From positions 1 through 40,953 of the forward strand of contig JAAZMI010000039.1 of NCBI GenBank assembly GCA_012798895.1: a stretch of 40,953 nt of DNA. Direction: 5' to 3'. The stretch comes from Bacillota bacterium. GTDB lineage: Bacteria > Bacillota > Dethiobacteria > DTU022 > UBA8154. Each line of letters opens with the position of its first letter. Within the stretch, counting starts at the first letter, position 1. The translations under genes and the position numbers were made by a program. Below are positions 25,570 to 37,517 of this stretch, one piece after another. The notes under the pieces were generated by a model. It ran no database searches. It saw only the letters and a list, made by a program, of their open reading frames with translations, and had not been told where the DNA came from.

Positions 25570-26233
25570 CCTCCCTTACAATTGTTCTCGGACCTCCATG
25601 ATGGGAGGTAGACCAGTCTTTTGGAGGCTGGATAACATCCATCCTATCGGCCAACCCTAATTTTGACAAACGTTCGTAAATTAGGTGCCAGGCACAATCC
25701 ACATCCTTATCGACTTCACACTTTCCATTCTGGGAACCTCCACAGGGACCGTTGAGCATACTTTTGGAGCAACGGGTAATGGGACAGATGCCCATCGTTA
25801 AATCCAAGACACAATCACCGCAACCCAGGCAGTTTTCAGTCCATACTCCCTGCTCCAAAGGGTAGCCCATAAACTTTGTATTTAATCCCGGCAGGATGAT
25901 CTTATCAGGCAACCTGGCAACCATGGTTTGTACACCCACACCGCAGGCCAAAGAGAGAATAGCATCACAATCGAACCCATTTTTAGCGTAATCATCGATA
26001 TATTCATATTCACATTGCCTCAGGATTGTACCGGTGCTGATCTCTGTCTCCAGGCCTTCATTTTGCCGGAGCAAAGAGAGGGCGGCTGCAGTTTCCTCTG
26101 CTTCTTTTTCCCCACCTGCCAGACAAACGGTCACACAAGTGCCACAGCCCAGGATGCATATTTTCCGGAAAGGTTTCAGCATCTCGGCAATTTCCGCCAA
26201 AGGTTTTCTCTCTGCAACGATCACTTTCTTCAC
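25544..26233 (-). CDS. metV: MTHFR small Cys-rich subunit MetV
   Basis: 229 aa. Cys clusters CGTCVTVC, CLGCGDCV and CPITRCSK..NGPCGG, typical of the MetV partner of MetF in acetogens. GTG start. Confidence 0.8.
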   Translation of the reverse strand: MKKVIVAERKPLAEIAEMLKPFRKICILGCGTCVTVCLAGGEKEAEETAAALSLLRQNEGLETEISTGTILRQCEYEYIDDYAKNGFDCDAILSLACGVGVQTMVARLPDKIILPGLNTKFMGYPLEQGVWTENCLGCGDCVLDLTMGICPITRCSKSMLNGPCGGSQNGKCEVDKDVDCAWHLIYERLSKLGLADRMDVIQPPKDWSTSHHGGPRTIVREDVRLEDGE

Positions 26234-26288
26234 CTTCCCTCTTCATAAAGCCTCAGGTAGTTTCTTCCGGGCTGAAATGTTTTATACC

Positions 26289-27089
<801 letters not shown>

Positions 27090-27111
27090 TTACCTCCTTT
27101 TCTTTTATAAA

Positions 27112-28086
27112 TTAGCTGCCACCTTGCACGAGTTCATCAATATGAGTCTTGATTTTCTTCACTGCCTCGGGATGGCTCAACACGATGATATCTGTCCCGG
27201 AGTGTAACATGGCTGTAGCTGTAGTTGTCTCCCAAGCCAGGGAACGATCCGCCTGATCGCCCCACTCGGGATTTTCTTCTTCCGGAACATAAGCTTCTTT
27301 TTTAGACCATACTTCTTTGGATACATCGGCTATACAGGGCATAGCTAACATGCGGTCTCCCTGCAGGGCACCAAAGCGGGCCCTTTCCATAATTGAATAG
27401 GTGTATTCTATACCGTAGCCCACAGCAGAGATAACAGGGTCAATGATAATTTTGTCAAGCAGGGGGGTGCTCATCTCCGCAATGAGAATATTAAGCTGCT
27501 TGCAGATATTAATATCGACCGGAGATTGGGCAATAACACAATGTTTATGTGCCATTGCTGCGCTGGCTACCGGTTTGTAGTTATCTTGAGTGGCAATGCC
27601 CAGCAGCAGATTTTCGCCGGCTCCAGCTTCCCCGATGGGGCCGATTATTTCGTTGTCTTTTTCCGTTACCCCACAGCCAAAAATAATCAACGGTACACCA
27701 ACTGCTTCCAACACTTTTTTCAAAACATCTATACAGTCTTCGGCAGAAGCATTCTTGCCATCGGGATGCGCACCCTTAAAACGAAGGGCAATCAAGTCTG
27801 CCCCATATTCCTCCACACATTTTTTCGCCCAGGCTGCAGGATCGTCATAGACATCCTCGAAATAATTTTTTAAGCTAGCGGGCCAATCTTCAGGAACAAC
27901 ATCCCAAACTTCCATCGCCACCACGGGGCGATGGGGATTCTCTCCTTCAAAATACATGAAAGGCAGTGCTGTTTGCCCGCCGACCGTAATCGTCTTGGTG
28001 CGTGTGCCGCCTTCCTCTTTAGTGGCCCCTAAAACAACTTCCCGCACCTGGCTTCTATACTTTTCTTTATACAGTTCAACAGCCAT
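27112..28086 (-). CDS. acsD: corrinoid iron-sulfur protein, small subunit
   Basis: 324 aa. The CdhD/AcsD TIM-barrel pattern, and its position between acsC and acsE. Confidence 0.9.
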   Translation of the reverse strand: MAVELYKEKYRSQVREVVLGATKEEGGTRTKTITVGGQTALPFMYFEGENPHRPVVAMEVWDVVPEDWPASLKNYFEDVYDDPAAWAKKCVEEYGADLIALRFKGAHPDGKNASAEDCIDVLKKVLEAVGVPLIIFGCGVTEKDNEIIGPIGEAGAGENLLLGIATQDNYKPVASAAMAHKHCVIAQSPVDINICKQLNILIAEMSTPLLDKIIIDPVISAVGYGIEYTYSIMERARFGALQGDRMLAMPCIADVSKEVWSKKEAYVPEEENPEWGDQADRSLAWETTTATAMLHSGTDIIVLSHPEAVKKIKTHIDELVQGGS

Positions 28087-28165
28087 CGCTTTTCTCCTCT
28101 CTTTAACAGGTAAGGTTTTAATACCCTAAAACGCATGTCTTTAAAAAGAATTAAGAAATTTTTCC

Positions 28166-29494
28166 TTAGGCAAACTGTTCTTTGGCAAACTTTGGAATAT
28201 CGGCAGATTCACGTGGCCCGACTATGACATCCCATCCTGATTCTTCTTCCAGTTCGCCTTTGAGAACGGCAACCCCACCGGGGATAACAATCTTGCGGTG
28301 TTTTACCTTGTCTTCCAAGCCGAATTCTTTAATTGCCTTGGCAATTGATTCCGCTATAAATTTGTTATCAGCATACGCTGTAAGAACAGAGATACCACCT
28401 GTATCTACAGATAGAATGTAGCTTGGAATGCGAGTTGTATCCACTTCGCCTTCAACCAGGAAATACGTCAAGGAGAAATTGGTTGTACAATAAACAGGAG
28501 AGTTTTCATCTACTTCTCCAACTTCATGTGCTCCTGGCTCCACTGCAACAGGTTTTTGTGGGTCGGTATAGACGTTTGCTCTCCAGCTCATCAATGGTAA
28601 GTGTATCTCTCTTTTGGCTGTTTTCATGACTACTATGCTGACGTATTTGGCCACATACATCCCGGCCTGAACCAACTCTTCTTGAGGATCATCCTTGGTA
28701 GTGAAAGTAATCGTAGGATAACCAAAGGAACGAAACTTTTTCTTGACTGCTTGACGACGCAACTGGGTCATATCCACCAGAACCTTGCCAACTTCCCGGG
28801 AGCCGGGATCTAAAACTATATCACGAAAATCCATGGCTACAATTTTATCCACAAGTTCAGCCAGGCTGTCCAGGTCTTCGCCTTTAACGGCCAAAACTGC
28901 ATTATTGGCTTTGGCCAGCTCAGTCATCTTTTCGTAATTATCTTTGTTTGCCGCATAAAGAAGTGGTCTCCGTTCGGCCAAAACTTCCAGTGCCGCTTCC
29001 AGAGCTGCAAGATCATCGCTGATTAAGGCAAATGCCTTCTCCGTCTTAGCAGCGGCCTTCTCTGCAGCAGCCTTGAAGGTGGCCGCATCGCCGGAAGCAT
29101 TGACCAGAGCAACCATATTCGATTCGTAATGCTGGCCGACGTGATCAAATTCCAGCTGGTTAATGGCATCCACCTTGGCTTCGATATCCTCGTTGTCTTT
29201 TACTTCGATTGCTATAACTGTAGGATGGTTGAAGCGTTTATCATGACGGAAAATTTCGGATTCGTCCCCCATCTCGAGTTCATTTTCCCCGACGCCAACT
29301 TTTACCATATGGATGGGCGGGGCTGCTGCAGAAGCAAGCGCTTCTTTTGCCTCATCTGAAACATAAGGACAAAGATCCAAGGAAGTCTTACCATTTGCCA
29401 AAGCCATGGCAAAAGCCAGACAGGTAGGAAAGCCGCACTCCTTACAGTTGGTTTTAGGTAGATTCTTAAAAATCTCCAATCCCGTTAAACCCAT
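28166..29494 (-). CDS. acsC: corrinoid iron-sulfur protein, large subunit
   Basis: 442 aa. The N-terminal 4Fe-4S motif CKECGFPTCLAFAMALANGKTSLDLCP (CX2CX4CX16C). Confidence 0.93.
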   Translation of the reverse strand: MGLTGLEIFKNLPKTNCKECGFPTCLAFAMALANGKTSLDLCPYVSDEAKEALASAAAPPIHMVKVGVGENELEMGDESEIFRHDKRFNHPTVIAIEVKDNEDIEAKVDAINQLEFDHVGQHYESNMVALVNASGDAATFKAAAEKAAAKTEKAFALISDDLAALEAALEVLAERRPLLYAANKDNYEKMTELAKANNAVLAVKGEDLDSLAELVDKIVAMDFRDIVLDPGSREVGKVLVDMTQLRRQAVKKKFRSFGYPTITFTTKDDPQEELVQAGMYVAKYVSIVVMKTAKREIHLPLMSWRANVYTDPQKPVAVEPGAHEVGEVDENSPVYCTTNFSLTYFLVEGEVDTTRIPSYILSVDTGGISVLTAYADNKFIAESIAKAIKEFGLEDKVKHRKIVIPGGVAVLKGELEEESGWDVIVGPRESADIPKFAKEQFA

Positions 29495-29605
29495 TGTTTC
29501 GACTCCTTTCTCTCTTCACCATACAGATTATATAGAAGTTAATAAAGCAACCTTTTAGACTTCATCGCAGTATTCTGCTCCGTCTGAAAAGGCCCTTTTA
29601 AAAAA

Positions 29606-31819
29606 TTACATTAGTGGATCCATAGTCAAAGCCGGATGGCCTTTTTCCTCAAGGAAAGGTGTAATCTCTTCAGCGGTAGTGCCAATTGTCTCATCGGCTA
29701 TCTTGTCGACAAAATCTGCTCCCAGTCCTTGATCCTCTGCAGATTTGCGCAGATCATCGCCCAACCAATCCTTCAGCTCTTTGGGTAACCAGACCAGGCG
29801 GGCCAGGCCGCCGTCGGCACTGATGAATTTTTTGCTGAGAATGAAGCTGCGCCCGTGCCCCATAAAACCGGGGGTCTGCACGCCGCCGCCGACAGAGCCG
29901 GCCAGCGTGGAGAAGTTCATCCCGCAGGGGGTCATGCCACCATGTTCCCTTGTTGTAACCATAACACCATTGACTTCGGGAACGATGCCCATGATCGCTT
30001 CAAAGCAACCACAGGAGGTCATGGGACGCTCAATAAAGGAATACATCGAACATTCTTCAATAGAACGGTTCGAGTTGATGTAGACGTATTCGTTAATGGA
30101 TTCCCATATACCCAATTTCTCATCAACGAGACCAACCTTCTTAACCGGTTCGCACGGCCCGTTGGGGTCAATCTCGAAGGAAGCTTTGCCGTCTAACCAG
30201 CTAACTGCGCCACAGAGCCCCAGGCGTTCCGGCGTAACGATACAGACGTGGTTGGGGGCAAAGGATTGGCAGAGTTTGCAAGAGTAGAATTCCTCGACCG
30301 ATTCATCTGTCAATCCAGCCAGACGGGCATCGCGCTCGGCATAAACTTCTCGCGCCACGGCCAGTTTCTCCTCCACTACTTTGGGATCTGTATAGATCGT
30401 TACCTGTACGCGGTCGACAATGGCCGGAAACTCATCCTTGAACTTGGCGATGAGCAGCTCGCCATAGTGCTTGAATTTAAAACCCTTGTCCACGCAATCG
30501 TTGCTTACCCGGTACCAGGCGATATCACGCTGTGCTGTATGCCATAGCCCTTCACCGTAGTTAATAAAGTCGTGGATACGGCGCTCCAGCACCGCTTCAA
30601 AATCTTCCTGCATCTTCCGCCCGTAGATTTTAATATCAAGGCCGCCGCTGATCGCGGAACCCTGTTCGATCTCATTAATTTCCGGGCCGATCAGTTCTAT
30701 TTTGCCGTCTTCTATTTCATCTTCGCTTACCATCCGGACCAACTCGAAGGAAGGCGTGCGGCCACCGCCGAATTCCATGTACATGTCCTTCCGGCGGATA
30801 GCCTCTCCTTCAAAGGCAGGGGCCACCATGAATGGCACCGGAATATCGACGATCTTAATTTTGATGCCCCGGACCTCCATGGCCACCTGCACCATAGTAT
30901 CGTAATCAGGATGAGAGATGTACCAGTTGGGAATCTGCTCGTCTTCCGGCAGTTCGTGGTCAATTAACACAGGGAAGCCCATGAAGATTGCCGCGAAGTG
31001 TGCTGCAATCTGTACTTCATCTCTTTCACCGAAATGCAGGACAAAAGCCCGCACCCGCCGGCGCTGGTAGTCACGCTGGTTTTCCCGTTCCCCGGGAGGA
31101 ATACCACCAAAAGCCAAACCGGCACGCAGAGCGTAGTTCACGGCATGGATCACCTGTGTAAAGTTTCCGGTGGGGAAGGTAATGAAATCGATACCCAATC
31201 TACAACCGGCATCGATCGCCTGATCGATCACCTCGTAGCTCATGAAGATCATGAAGCCTTTGGACTGTAGATCAGTAACGATCTTGCCCAGGGCCTCTGA
31301 GGATTTGGCTTTACCTACGAGAACGGCCTGACCGGGGATCGTCCAGTCCACCAACAGAATCCCGTAACGACGCACGATGGGGTCGCCCAAAAAACCCGTC
31401 CAGGGGGCTACATGAAGATCGTCCCCCTTAAGATAGCGTACTGCTTCAATTATCTCCGCGGCATAAGCGGTGGCTTCACCGCAGAGCCGGGCATTTAAAA
31501 AGTTTAATTCTTCTTTTATCTGGTTGCGTAAACGGTTTAGAATAGGTACTAATTCGCCTAATTTTTCGACCTGCTCTCCGCTGTAGGCGGTGATTACAGG
31601 CAGGTAGTAACCGGTATCCGGATAGCCCACGGGATGATCCGGGCCATAGCGTCTAATCGCTTTGTTTAGCAAAATTTCGGCATAGCTGGTCGCGATAATC
31701 GCCCCGTCATACGCCTTTTGAAATAGCGCTAAAGGGGGATTGGCCTCGTCTACTGCACCCTCATATATTTCTTCAAAAGACTCTTCCCATTCCCTTCTTA
31801 ATACGCCAGTATCTGTCAT
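29606..31819 (-). CDS. acsB: CO-methylating acetyl-CoA synthase (A-cluster subunit)
   Basis: 737 aa. A-cluster motifs CKLCQSFAPNHVC and the bridging Cys-Gly-Cys (SCGCFE). AAGGAGG SD upstream. Confidence 0.95.
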   Translation of the reverse strand: MTDTGVLRREWEESFEEIYEGAVDEANPPLALFQKAYDGAIIATSYAEILLNKAIRRYGPDHPVGYPDTGYYLPVITAYSGEQVEKLGELVPILNRLRNQIKEELNFLNARLCGEATAYAAEIIEAVRYLKGDDLHVAPWTGFLGDPIVRRYGILLVDWTIPGQAVLVGKAKSSEALGKIVTDLQSKGFMIFMSYEVIDQAIDAGCRLGIDFITFPTGNFTQVIHAVNYALRAGLAFGGIPPGERENQRDYQRRRVRAFVLHFGERDEVQIAAHFAAIFMGFPVLIDHELPEDEQIPNWYISHPDYDTMVQVAMEVRGIKIKIVDIPVPFMVAPAFEGEAIRRKDMYMEFGGGRTPSFELVRMVSEDEIEDGKIELIGPEINEIEQGSAISGGLDIKIYGRKMQEDFEAVLERRIHDFINYGEGLWHTAQRDIAWYRVSNDCVDKGFKFKHYGELLIAKFKDEFPAIVDRVQVTIYTDPKVVEEKLAVAREVYAERDARLAGLTDESVEEFYSCKLCQSFAPNHVCIVTPERLGLCGAVSWLDGKASFEIDPNGPCEPVKKVGLVDEKLGIWESINEYVYINSNRSIEECSMYSFIERPMTSCGCFEAIMGIVPEVNGVMVTTREHGGMTPCGMNFSTLAGSVGGGVQTPGFMGHGRSFILSKKFISADGGLARLVWLPKELKDWLGDDLRKSAEDQGLGADFVDKIADETIGTTAEEITPFLEEKGHPALTMDPLM

Positions 31820-31852
31820 AAGAGTTCTTACCTCCTTTTAACGATATAAAAA

Positions 31853-33811
31853 CTACCAGGTTGCCGATATGGTTTCCGTTTCATAGGTTTCCTTGGCTTT
31901 CTGGTGCATCCTAAGTTTCCAGGTTCTTTCGTCCAAAGCTGCAAGGATCTTCTCTGCACTCTTCTGGGGATCGGTCTCCCAGATGAAGTAACCACCATAG
32001 ACATCCTGGGCAATTTGCAGTGCGATACCATCTACCAGGGGGCTGCCGGGAATCGGCGGCACGACGCCAACATGGGTGGGCAGACCCAGGGTAACCAGCC
32101 AACTGCCGATGGCAACAGCTTTTTCACTCATGGCTTCCGGCGCACTGGCCGCATAAGGAACCTTCGGTGTATCCATCCCCATCTCTTCGGCCATGTAGGT
32201 CATCAGATCGTAGGCCCGGGAGTTGTCGACACAGGAACCCATATGGAATACAAGAGGAAGTTTTTCGACAAGATTATCCTTATTGGCCTCATTCAGACGG
32301 CCCAGGAAGGCCTTGAGTCCTTCACCGGCGATCTCTTCCACGGCATCCCAGTTTAGCATGCCAGATTTGGCATAAGCCTGTGCTGCACAACCCGTAGCAA
32401 CCAATAGGACATCATTTCTCGCCAGTTCCTTTGCGATTTCAATGTGCATCTCGTCGTGGATGCGCTTCAGGTTATTACACCCACACAGCAGGCAGACCCC
32501 GCGCAGTTCACCGGATAAAATAGCATCGGTAAGCACGCTGATCGGCCTATCCGGGTTAACCGCTGCAAAAAGATCCAAAAGCGCTTCCGTGCTAAATCCG
32601 GCCACAACTTTGTGCTTAACCTGGGGAATAACAACTTCTTTATTTCTTTCTTTATAGGCACTGATGGCAATCTCAACAACTTCGCGCGCTTTTTCCATGG
32701 CTTTTTCTTCATCAAAATCGAGGTGATAGGCACCGGGGATTTTAACAGAAGGGCTGGTAGTAATAACGCGCGTATGGAAACATTCCGATACCGGCTGAAT
32801 TCCCGGCATGATGCACTGGATATCGACCACCATGGCATCGACGGCCCCAGTCATGATCGCCAGCTCTTGGGAGGCATAGTTGGTAAGAATCGGTACACCT
32901 TGCCTCATCAAAAGTTCGTTACCGGTACAGCAGATGCCGGCACATTTAATCCCCTTGGCGCCCGCAGCTTCTGCTTCGCTTTTCATTTCACGAGCCGCCT
33001 GGACGATCATCTCACTTAAAATGGGGTTATGCCCGTGCACGGCAAGGTTTACATAATCTTCATCCAAGACCCCCATGTTCGCTTCTGAAACAACCGGTTT
33101 GGGCGTCCCGAACAAAACATCGGAAAGACTGGTGGCGATATGTTCGCCAGTATAGTCCGCCAAGGATACTTCCAGGCTTCTAAAAACAAGGTTTACAGGG
33201 TCAGCATCCATCCCCACGTGTGTCTGGGCCATAGCATCGGCAATGGTGCGGTGTATGCTGCTGGGCAGGATATTGCAATCCTGGAATTTTTCGGTCCTTT
33301 CGGGAACTATTACTCTGGGAAGCCAGTGCAGATCCTTTCCATCTAAACGGCTAAAATCTTCCATGGCGATATCCACCAGTTCCTTCAGAATGGCTTTGTC
33401 GTCTTTGCCTTCGGTGGAAACATCCATGCGCTCAGCCACGGCATATAGTTTTTTACTGTCTTTAATTTCATAATCAGGTGCTCTACCCTCAACAACCTCC
33501 CGTGCTAATAGAGTAGAGTGAAGCCCGTGGTCGGCGTGAGCAGTACAACCGCCCAGCTCATAACGAACCAGGTTGCGGGCAACGATCGTATAAGCGGTGG
33601 CTCCACAAATTCCTTTGTCAGCCCGCTTGGTGATACGGCAGGGGCCCTGAATGCATATACGGCAGCAGATCCCCTGTTCGCCGTAGTTGCACTGCGGCTG
33701 CATCTTCAAATAACGGTCATAAGCAGTCTCTATACCGCTGTCCTCTGTCCGGGCCAAAATCTCTAATACTGCCGGATCGACACTTCTATTGCGGTCTTTT
33801 TTCTTCGCCAT
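31853..33811 (-). CDS. acsA: anaerobic Ni-CO dehydrogenase catalytic subunit
   Basis: N-terminal Cys clusters QPQCNYGEQGICCRICIQGPCRI and the prismane/CooS family pattern throughout. The track start is TTG 33853. I prefer ATG 33811 (MAKKKDRNRSVDPAV) with GGAGG upstream. Confidence 0.95.
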   Translation of the reverse strand: MAKKKDRNRSVDPAVLEILARTEDSGIETAYDRYLKMQPQCNYGEQGICCRICIQGPCRITKRADKGICGATAYTIVARNLVRYELGGCTAHADHGLHSTLLAREVVEGRAPDYEIKDSKKLYAVAERMDVSTEGKDDKAILKELVDIAMEDFSRLDGKDLHWLPRVIVPERTEKFQDCNILPSSIHRTIADAMAQTHVGMDADPVNLVFRSLEVSLADYTGEHIATSLSDVLFGTPKPVVSEANMGVLDEDYVNLAVHGHNPILSEMIVQAAREMKSEAEAAGAKGIKCAGICCTGNELLMRQGVPILTNYASQELAIMTGAVDAMVVDIQCIMPGIQPVSECFHTRVITTSPSVKIPGAYHLDFDEEKAMEKAREVVEIAISAYKERNKEVVIPQVKHKVVAGFSTEALLDLFAAVNPDRPISVLTDAILSGELRGVCLLCGCNNLKRIHDEMHIEIAKELARNDVLLVATGCAAQAYAKSGMLNWDAVEEIAGEGLKAFLGRLNEANKDNLVEKLPLVFHMGSCVDNSRAYDLMTYMAEEMGMDTPKVPYAASAPEAMSEKAVAIGSWLVTLGLPTHVGVVPPIPGSPLVDGIALQIAQDVYGGYFIWETDPQKSAEKILAALDERTWKLRMHQKAKETYETETISATW

Positions 33812-33888
33812 AATCTTTCTCTTACCTCCTCTTGAGTTAATATCAATCAACAAGGCTACATATTCCTAAACTACATATTATCCTCTCG

Positions 33889-34653
33889 TCACCCCCGTTT
33901 CGCACTAATCTTTTGGTAAATGATCTCCACTCCGTTTAACAAATCTTCCTCGGCAAAACCGGCCGCGGAATCCGCCATAGAATCCTCCCAAACCTTTTCT
34001 TCAAACGGCAAAACCCCGATAAATTCATCGGGGGAGAAATTATCTTTTAAAAATTTTTCTTCCTCCGGCCGGCGGATCTTGTTGCCTAAAATTTTAACCT
34101 CTTTTACACCCAGATCGTCGGCCAATCGCTTAACCACCCCGGTAGTCTTCAGGCTGGTCCTCGTAGGTTCGGTCACTATCAAAACCATATCTACACCCCG
34201 GGCCGTGCCGCGCGTTAGATGTTCAATCCCGGCACTCATATCCAAAACAACTACCTCTTTTTTATCCAACAACAGTGAATTAAGAACTGCATTAAGGAAG
34301 GAGCTCTCCCGGCAATAACAGGCCGTCCCTGCTTGCTTGATGCCCCCCATGATTAAAAATTTTACCCGGCCTTGCTGTAAGCTGTAGTCATCGACGACAT
34401 CCTCCACATCGGGATCGAGATTGTAGAAGGCACCTTTTCCCCCACTTTTTTCGGCAATGATATCTTCCATATCCGCAAGCGGGGTTAATTTCTCCAACTT
34501 TTGCGGATCTACCCCCAAAGCCAGACCTAAACTGGCATCAGGATCAGCATCTACAGCAAAAACATCGAAACCGTTTTTGGCAAAGAGATAGATCAGATTG
34601 GCGGCGACAGTAGTTTTGCCCACTCCGCCTTTACCAGATATAGCAATTTTCAC
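33889..34653 (-). CDS. cooC: CODH/ACS nickel-insertion ATPase CooC (MinD/ParA-type)
   Basis: 254 aa. Deviant Walker A GKGGVGKTT and the CxC metal motif (ACYCRES). GTG start with AAGGGGTG 5 nt upstream. Confidence 0.9.
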   Translation of the reverse strand: MKIAISGKGGVGKTTVAANLIYLFAKNGFDVFAVDADPDASLGLALGVDPQKLEKLTPLADMEDIIAEKSGGKGAFYNLDPDVEDVVDDYSLQQGRVKFLIMGGIKQAGTACYCRESSFLNAVLNSLLLDKKEVVVLDMSAGIEHLTRGTARGVDMVLIVTEPTRTSLKTTGVVKRLADDLGVKEVKILGNKIRRPEEEKFLKDNFSPDEFIGVLPFEEKVWEDSMADSAAGFAEEDLLNGVEIIYQKISAKRG

Positions 34654-34746
34654 AAGGACACCCCTTCCCCTTAGAAATAGGTCGCTACTGAAACGCTTTC
34701 GACGCGTGCCCCTTGCTTTTCTTTCTGCTCTGCATGTTTGGGCAAC

Positions 34747-34775
34747 AGTATTCTATGTTCTACAAACTAAGTCAA
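34747..34775 (-). promoter_or_regulatory. candidate sigma-A promoter of the acs operon
   Basis: On the minus strand: TTGACT (34775-34770), a 17-nt spacer, then AATACT (34752-34747). A better -10, TAGAAT, sits 3 nt upstream but at 14-nt spacing. Confidence 0.3.
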
Positions 34776-34884
34776 ATTCCTTTTTTTTAAAACTTCTTTA
34801 AATAAGCTACTCATAGCTACACTTTCGGTTACTTCGCTACCCTCAACCTTTATTCCTGCGCCAGAATTTTCTTAACATTTATAT

Positions 34885-34912
34885 GAAAAAACCCTGCTCT
34901 TATAGAGCAGGG
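34885..34912 (-). terminator. rho-independent terminator of the clpC operon
   Basis: Perfect 9-bp stem CCCTGCTCT (34892-34900) / AGAGCAGGG (34904-34912). On the minus strand it is followed by TTTTTT. It lies 40 nt past the clpC stop. Confidence 0.85.
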
Positions 34913-34951
34913 CGTAACAGATAAAACATTATATTAATTTATATTTAAGTG

Positions 34952-37456
34952 TTAATCTTTACTTGGTGAGGCCTCCTCCATCTCGGGAGAACCAAGACTC
35001 GGCTCCTTATCTATCTCTTTTTCTTTCTTAACAAAAGATAATTTATCTTTCCCTTCAATTTTATCTACAATTATCGTTTCCCCCGGGATAAAGGCTCTAC
35101 GAAGCAGCTCCTCCGAGATACCATCCTCCAGCCTCTTTTGGATTACTCGCCTTAAGGGGCGGGCACCATAAGCAGGATCAAACCCTTCTTTTGTCAACAA
35201 TTCCTTGGCTTCCAAAGTAACTTCAATCTGCAGGCCATGTTCGGCTATGCGCCCACTCAGATCTTTTAACATTAGATTGACGATCTGATCGAGATCTTCC
35301 TTGCTAAGCGATTTGAAAACGATCAGTTCATCCACCCGATTTAAAAATTCCGGACGGAAGGTTCTTTTCAGCTCATCCAGCAGCCTGCCCTTCATATACT
35401 CATAAGTCTTATCCGGATCGGCAGGCCTAAAACCCATCCCCTGTTGTTTTTTGATATAATTTGCTCCCACATTCGAAGTCATAATGATGATCGTGTTACG
35501 GAAATTTACGGTCCTGCCTTTACCATCAGTCAGGCGCCCGTCCTCCAGAATCTGCAGTAAGGTGTTGAAAACATCGTGGTGCGCCTTTTCAATTTCATCC
35601 AGTAGTATAACGCTGTAAGGTTTGCGCCGGACCAGTTCTGTCAATTGCCCCCCTTCATCGTAACCCACATAACCAGGCGGGGCCCCAATCAACCGGGAAA
35701 CAGTATGTTTCTCCATATACTCGGACATATCCAGGCGAACCATGGCTTCCTCGTCCCCGAAGATTGCTTCTGCCAGGCTGCGGGCCAACTCTGTTTTTCC
35801 CACGCCGGTAGGCCCCAAAAAGATAAAGGAACCAGTCGGTCTCTTAGGATCTTTCAACCCGGCCCGGCCGCGACGAATTGCCCGGGAAACAGCTTCTACG
35901 GCCTCGTGCTGGCCTATAACTCGCCTATGCAGGATCTCCTCCATGCGCAGCAGGCGTTCCGCCTCTTCTTCTGCCAGTTTCTGCACCGGTACGCCGGTCC
36001 AACTGGAAACGATATGCGCTATATCTTCTTCCACAACCAAGGATTGATCGGAGACAACCTTTTTCTGCTCCCATTCTTTTTTTAGTTCGTTTAATTTGCC
36101 CCTGAACTGCTGTTCCTTGTCGCGCAAGCGGGCCGCCCGTTCAAATTCCTGGCCCCGCACGGCAGCTTCTTTTTCCTGCCGGATACCGTCTAATTTGTCC
36201 TCCATCTCCTTTAGATCAGGGGGGGCGGTATAATTGCGCAACCTTACTCTTGATCCTGCTTCATCAATTAGATCGATGGCTTTATCGGGTAGATACCGAT
36301 CTTGAATATAGCGATCGGCCAGGTTCACAGCCGCCTCCAGTGCTTCATCGGTAATTTTAACCCGGTGATGTGCTTCATAGCGATCACGCAGACCCTTTAG
36401 AATCTCTAGGCTTTCTTCCTTCGTTGGTTCACCGACCATAATTGGCTGGAAACGCCTCTCGAGGGCAGGATCCCGTTCAATATACTTCCTGTATTCATCA
36501 ACAGTCGTTGCCCCAATAGCCTGGAGTTCGCCTTTAGCCAGCGCCGGTTTAAGGATATTCGAAGCATCGATAGCCCCTTCTGCCGCCCCGGCCCCAACGA
36601 TCGTATGCATCTCGTCGATGAAGATGATCACATTGCCCGCCTGCTGCAGCTCCAACATCAGTTTGCGCAGGCGCTCCTCGAATTCCCCACGATATTTGGT
36701 GCCGGCCACAACGGCTGCCAACTCCAAAGTAACCACCCTTTTATCCCGCAGGATATCAGGAATATTCGCTTCGGTGATGCGCTGGGCCAATCCTTCGGCA
36801 ACGGCCGTTTTACCTACGCCGGGTTCTCCAATCAAACAAGGATTGTTTTTCGTGCGCCGGCTTAGAATCTGCACAACCCTTTCGATCTCTTTTTCACGGC
36901 CGATCACCGGATCTAATTTCCCCTCACGCGCCATGCGGGTAAGATCGCGGCCAAAAGCATCCACTGTCGGCGTCTGGGGAACATTCTTATGGCCTCCACC
37001 CCCGCCCAACTGGGATTCACCGCCCAAAAGCTGGATCACTTCCCGCCGGGCTTTTTTTAGATCGACACCCAAAATGGATAGAACCTGCGCTGCAATACCC
37101 TCCCCTTCCCTTAAAAGGCCCAATAAAAGATGTTCTGTGCCTACATAATTGTGGTTTAAATTCTGGCCCTCTTCAATCGCCAATTCGATCACCTTTTTGG
37201 CACGGGGAGTGTAGCTGATACCTTGAACCGGGGCTTTTTCACCTTTCCCGATAATCTTTTCTACTTCGGCACGCACACGAGGCAGCTCCACCCCCAGGTT
37301 TTGCAGACCACGGGCGGCAATACCGGAACCTTCACGGACCAGCCCCAGCAGAATATGCTCCGTTCCTATAAAATTATGGTTTAATCTTTTTGCTTCTTCC
37401 TGGGCCAACACCAACACCTGTTGTGCCCTTTCCGTAAAGCGTCCAAACATAAACAT
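34952..37456 (-). CDS. clpC: ATP-dependent Clp protease ATP-binding subunit ClpC
   Basis: 834 aa. Starts [12 protein letters not shown], has an N-terminal Clp repeat pair, two AAA+ modules ([16 protein letters not shown]) and a UVR-like middle domain. Confidence 0.97.
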   Translation of the reverse strand: MFMFGRFTERAQQVLVLAQEEAKRLNHNFIGTEHILLGLVREGSGIAARGLQNLGVELPRVRAEVEKIIGKGEKAPVQGISYTPRAKKVIELAIEEGQNLNHNYVGTEHLLLGLLREGEGIAAQVLSILGVDLKKARREVIQLLGGESQLGGGGGHKNVPQTPTVDAFGRDLTRMAREGKLDPVIGREKEIERVVQILSRRTKNNPCLIGEPGVGKTAVAEGLAQRITEANIPDILRDKRVVTLELAAVVAGTKYRGEFEERLRKLMLELQQAGNVIIFIDEMHTIVGAGAAEGAIDASNILKPALAKGELQAIGATTVDEYRKYIERDPALERRFQPIMVGEPTKEESLEILKGLRDRYEAHHRVKITDEALEAAVNLADRYIQDRYLPDKAIDLIDEAGSRVRLRNYTAPPDLKEMEDKLDGIRQEKEAAVRGQEFERAARLRDKEQQFRGKLNELKKEWEQKKVVSDQSLVVEEDIAHIVSSWTGVPVQKLAEEEAERLLRMEEILHRRVIGQHEAVEAVSRAIRRGRAGLKDPKRPTGSFIFLGPTGVGKTELARSLAEAIFGDEEAMVRLDMSEYMEKHTVSRLIGAPPGYVGYDEGGQLTELVRRKPYSVILLDEIEKAHHDVFNTLLQILEDGRLTDGKGRTVNFRNTIIIMTSNVGANYIKKQQGMGFRPADPDKTYEYMKGRLLDELKRTFRPEFLNRVDELIVFKSLSKEDLDQIVNLMLKDLSGRIAEHGLQIEVTLEAKELLTKEGFDPAYGARPLRRVIQKRLEDGISEELLRRAFIPGETIIVDKIEGKDKLSFVKKEKEIDKEPSLGSPEMEEASPSKD

Positions 37457-37517
37457 ATTATTTTCACTCCTTTATATCAAAAATTGATGTGTGTGTGGTA
37501 TTTTTGTTTTTCAAATG

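Noticed and set aside
34748-34766. TTTGTAGAACATAGAATAC in the acs promoter region, considered as a Rex-type operator (TTGTGAA-N4-TTCACAA).
   Set aside because: Only the first half-site is similar. The second half shows no TTCACAA-like sequence.
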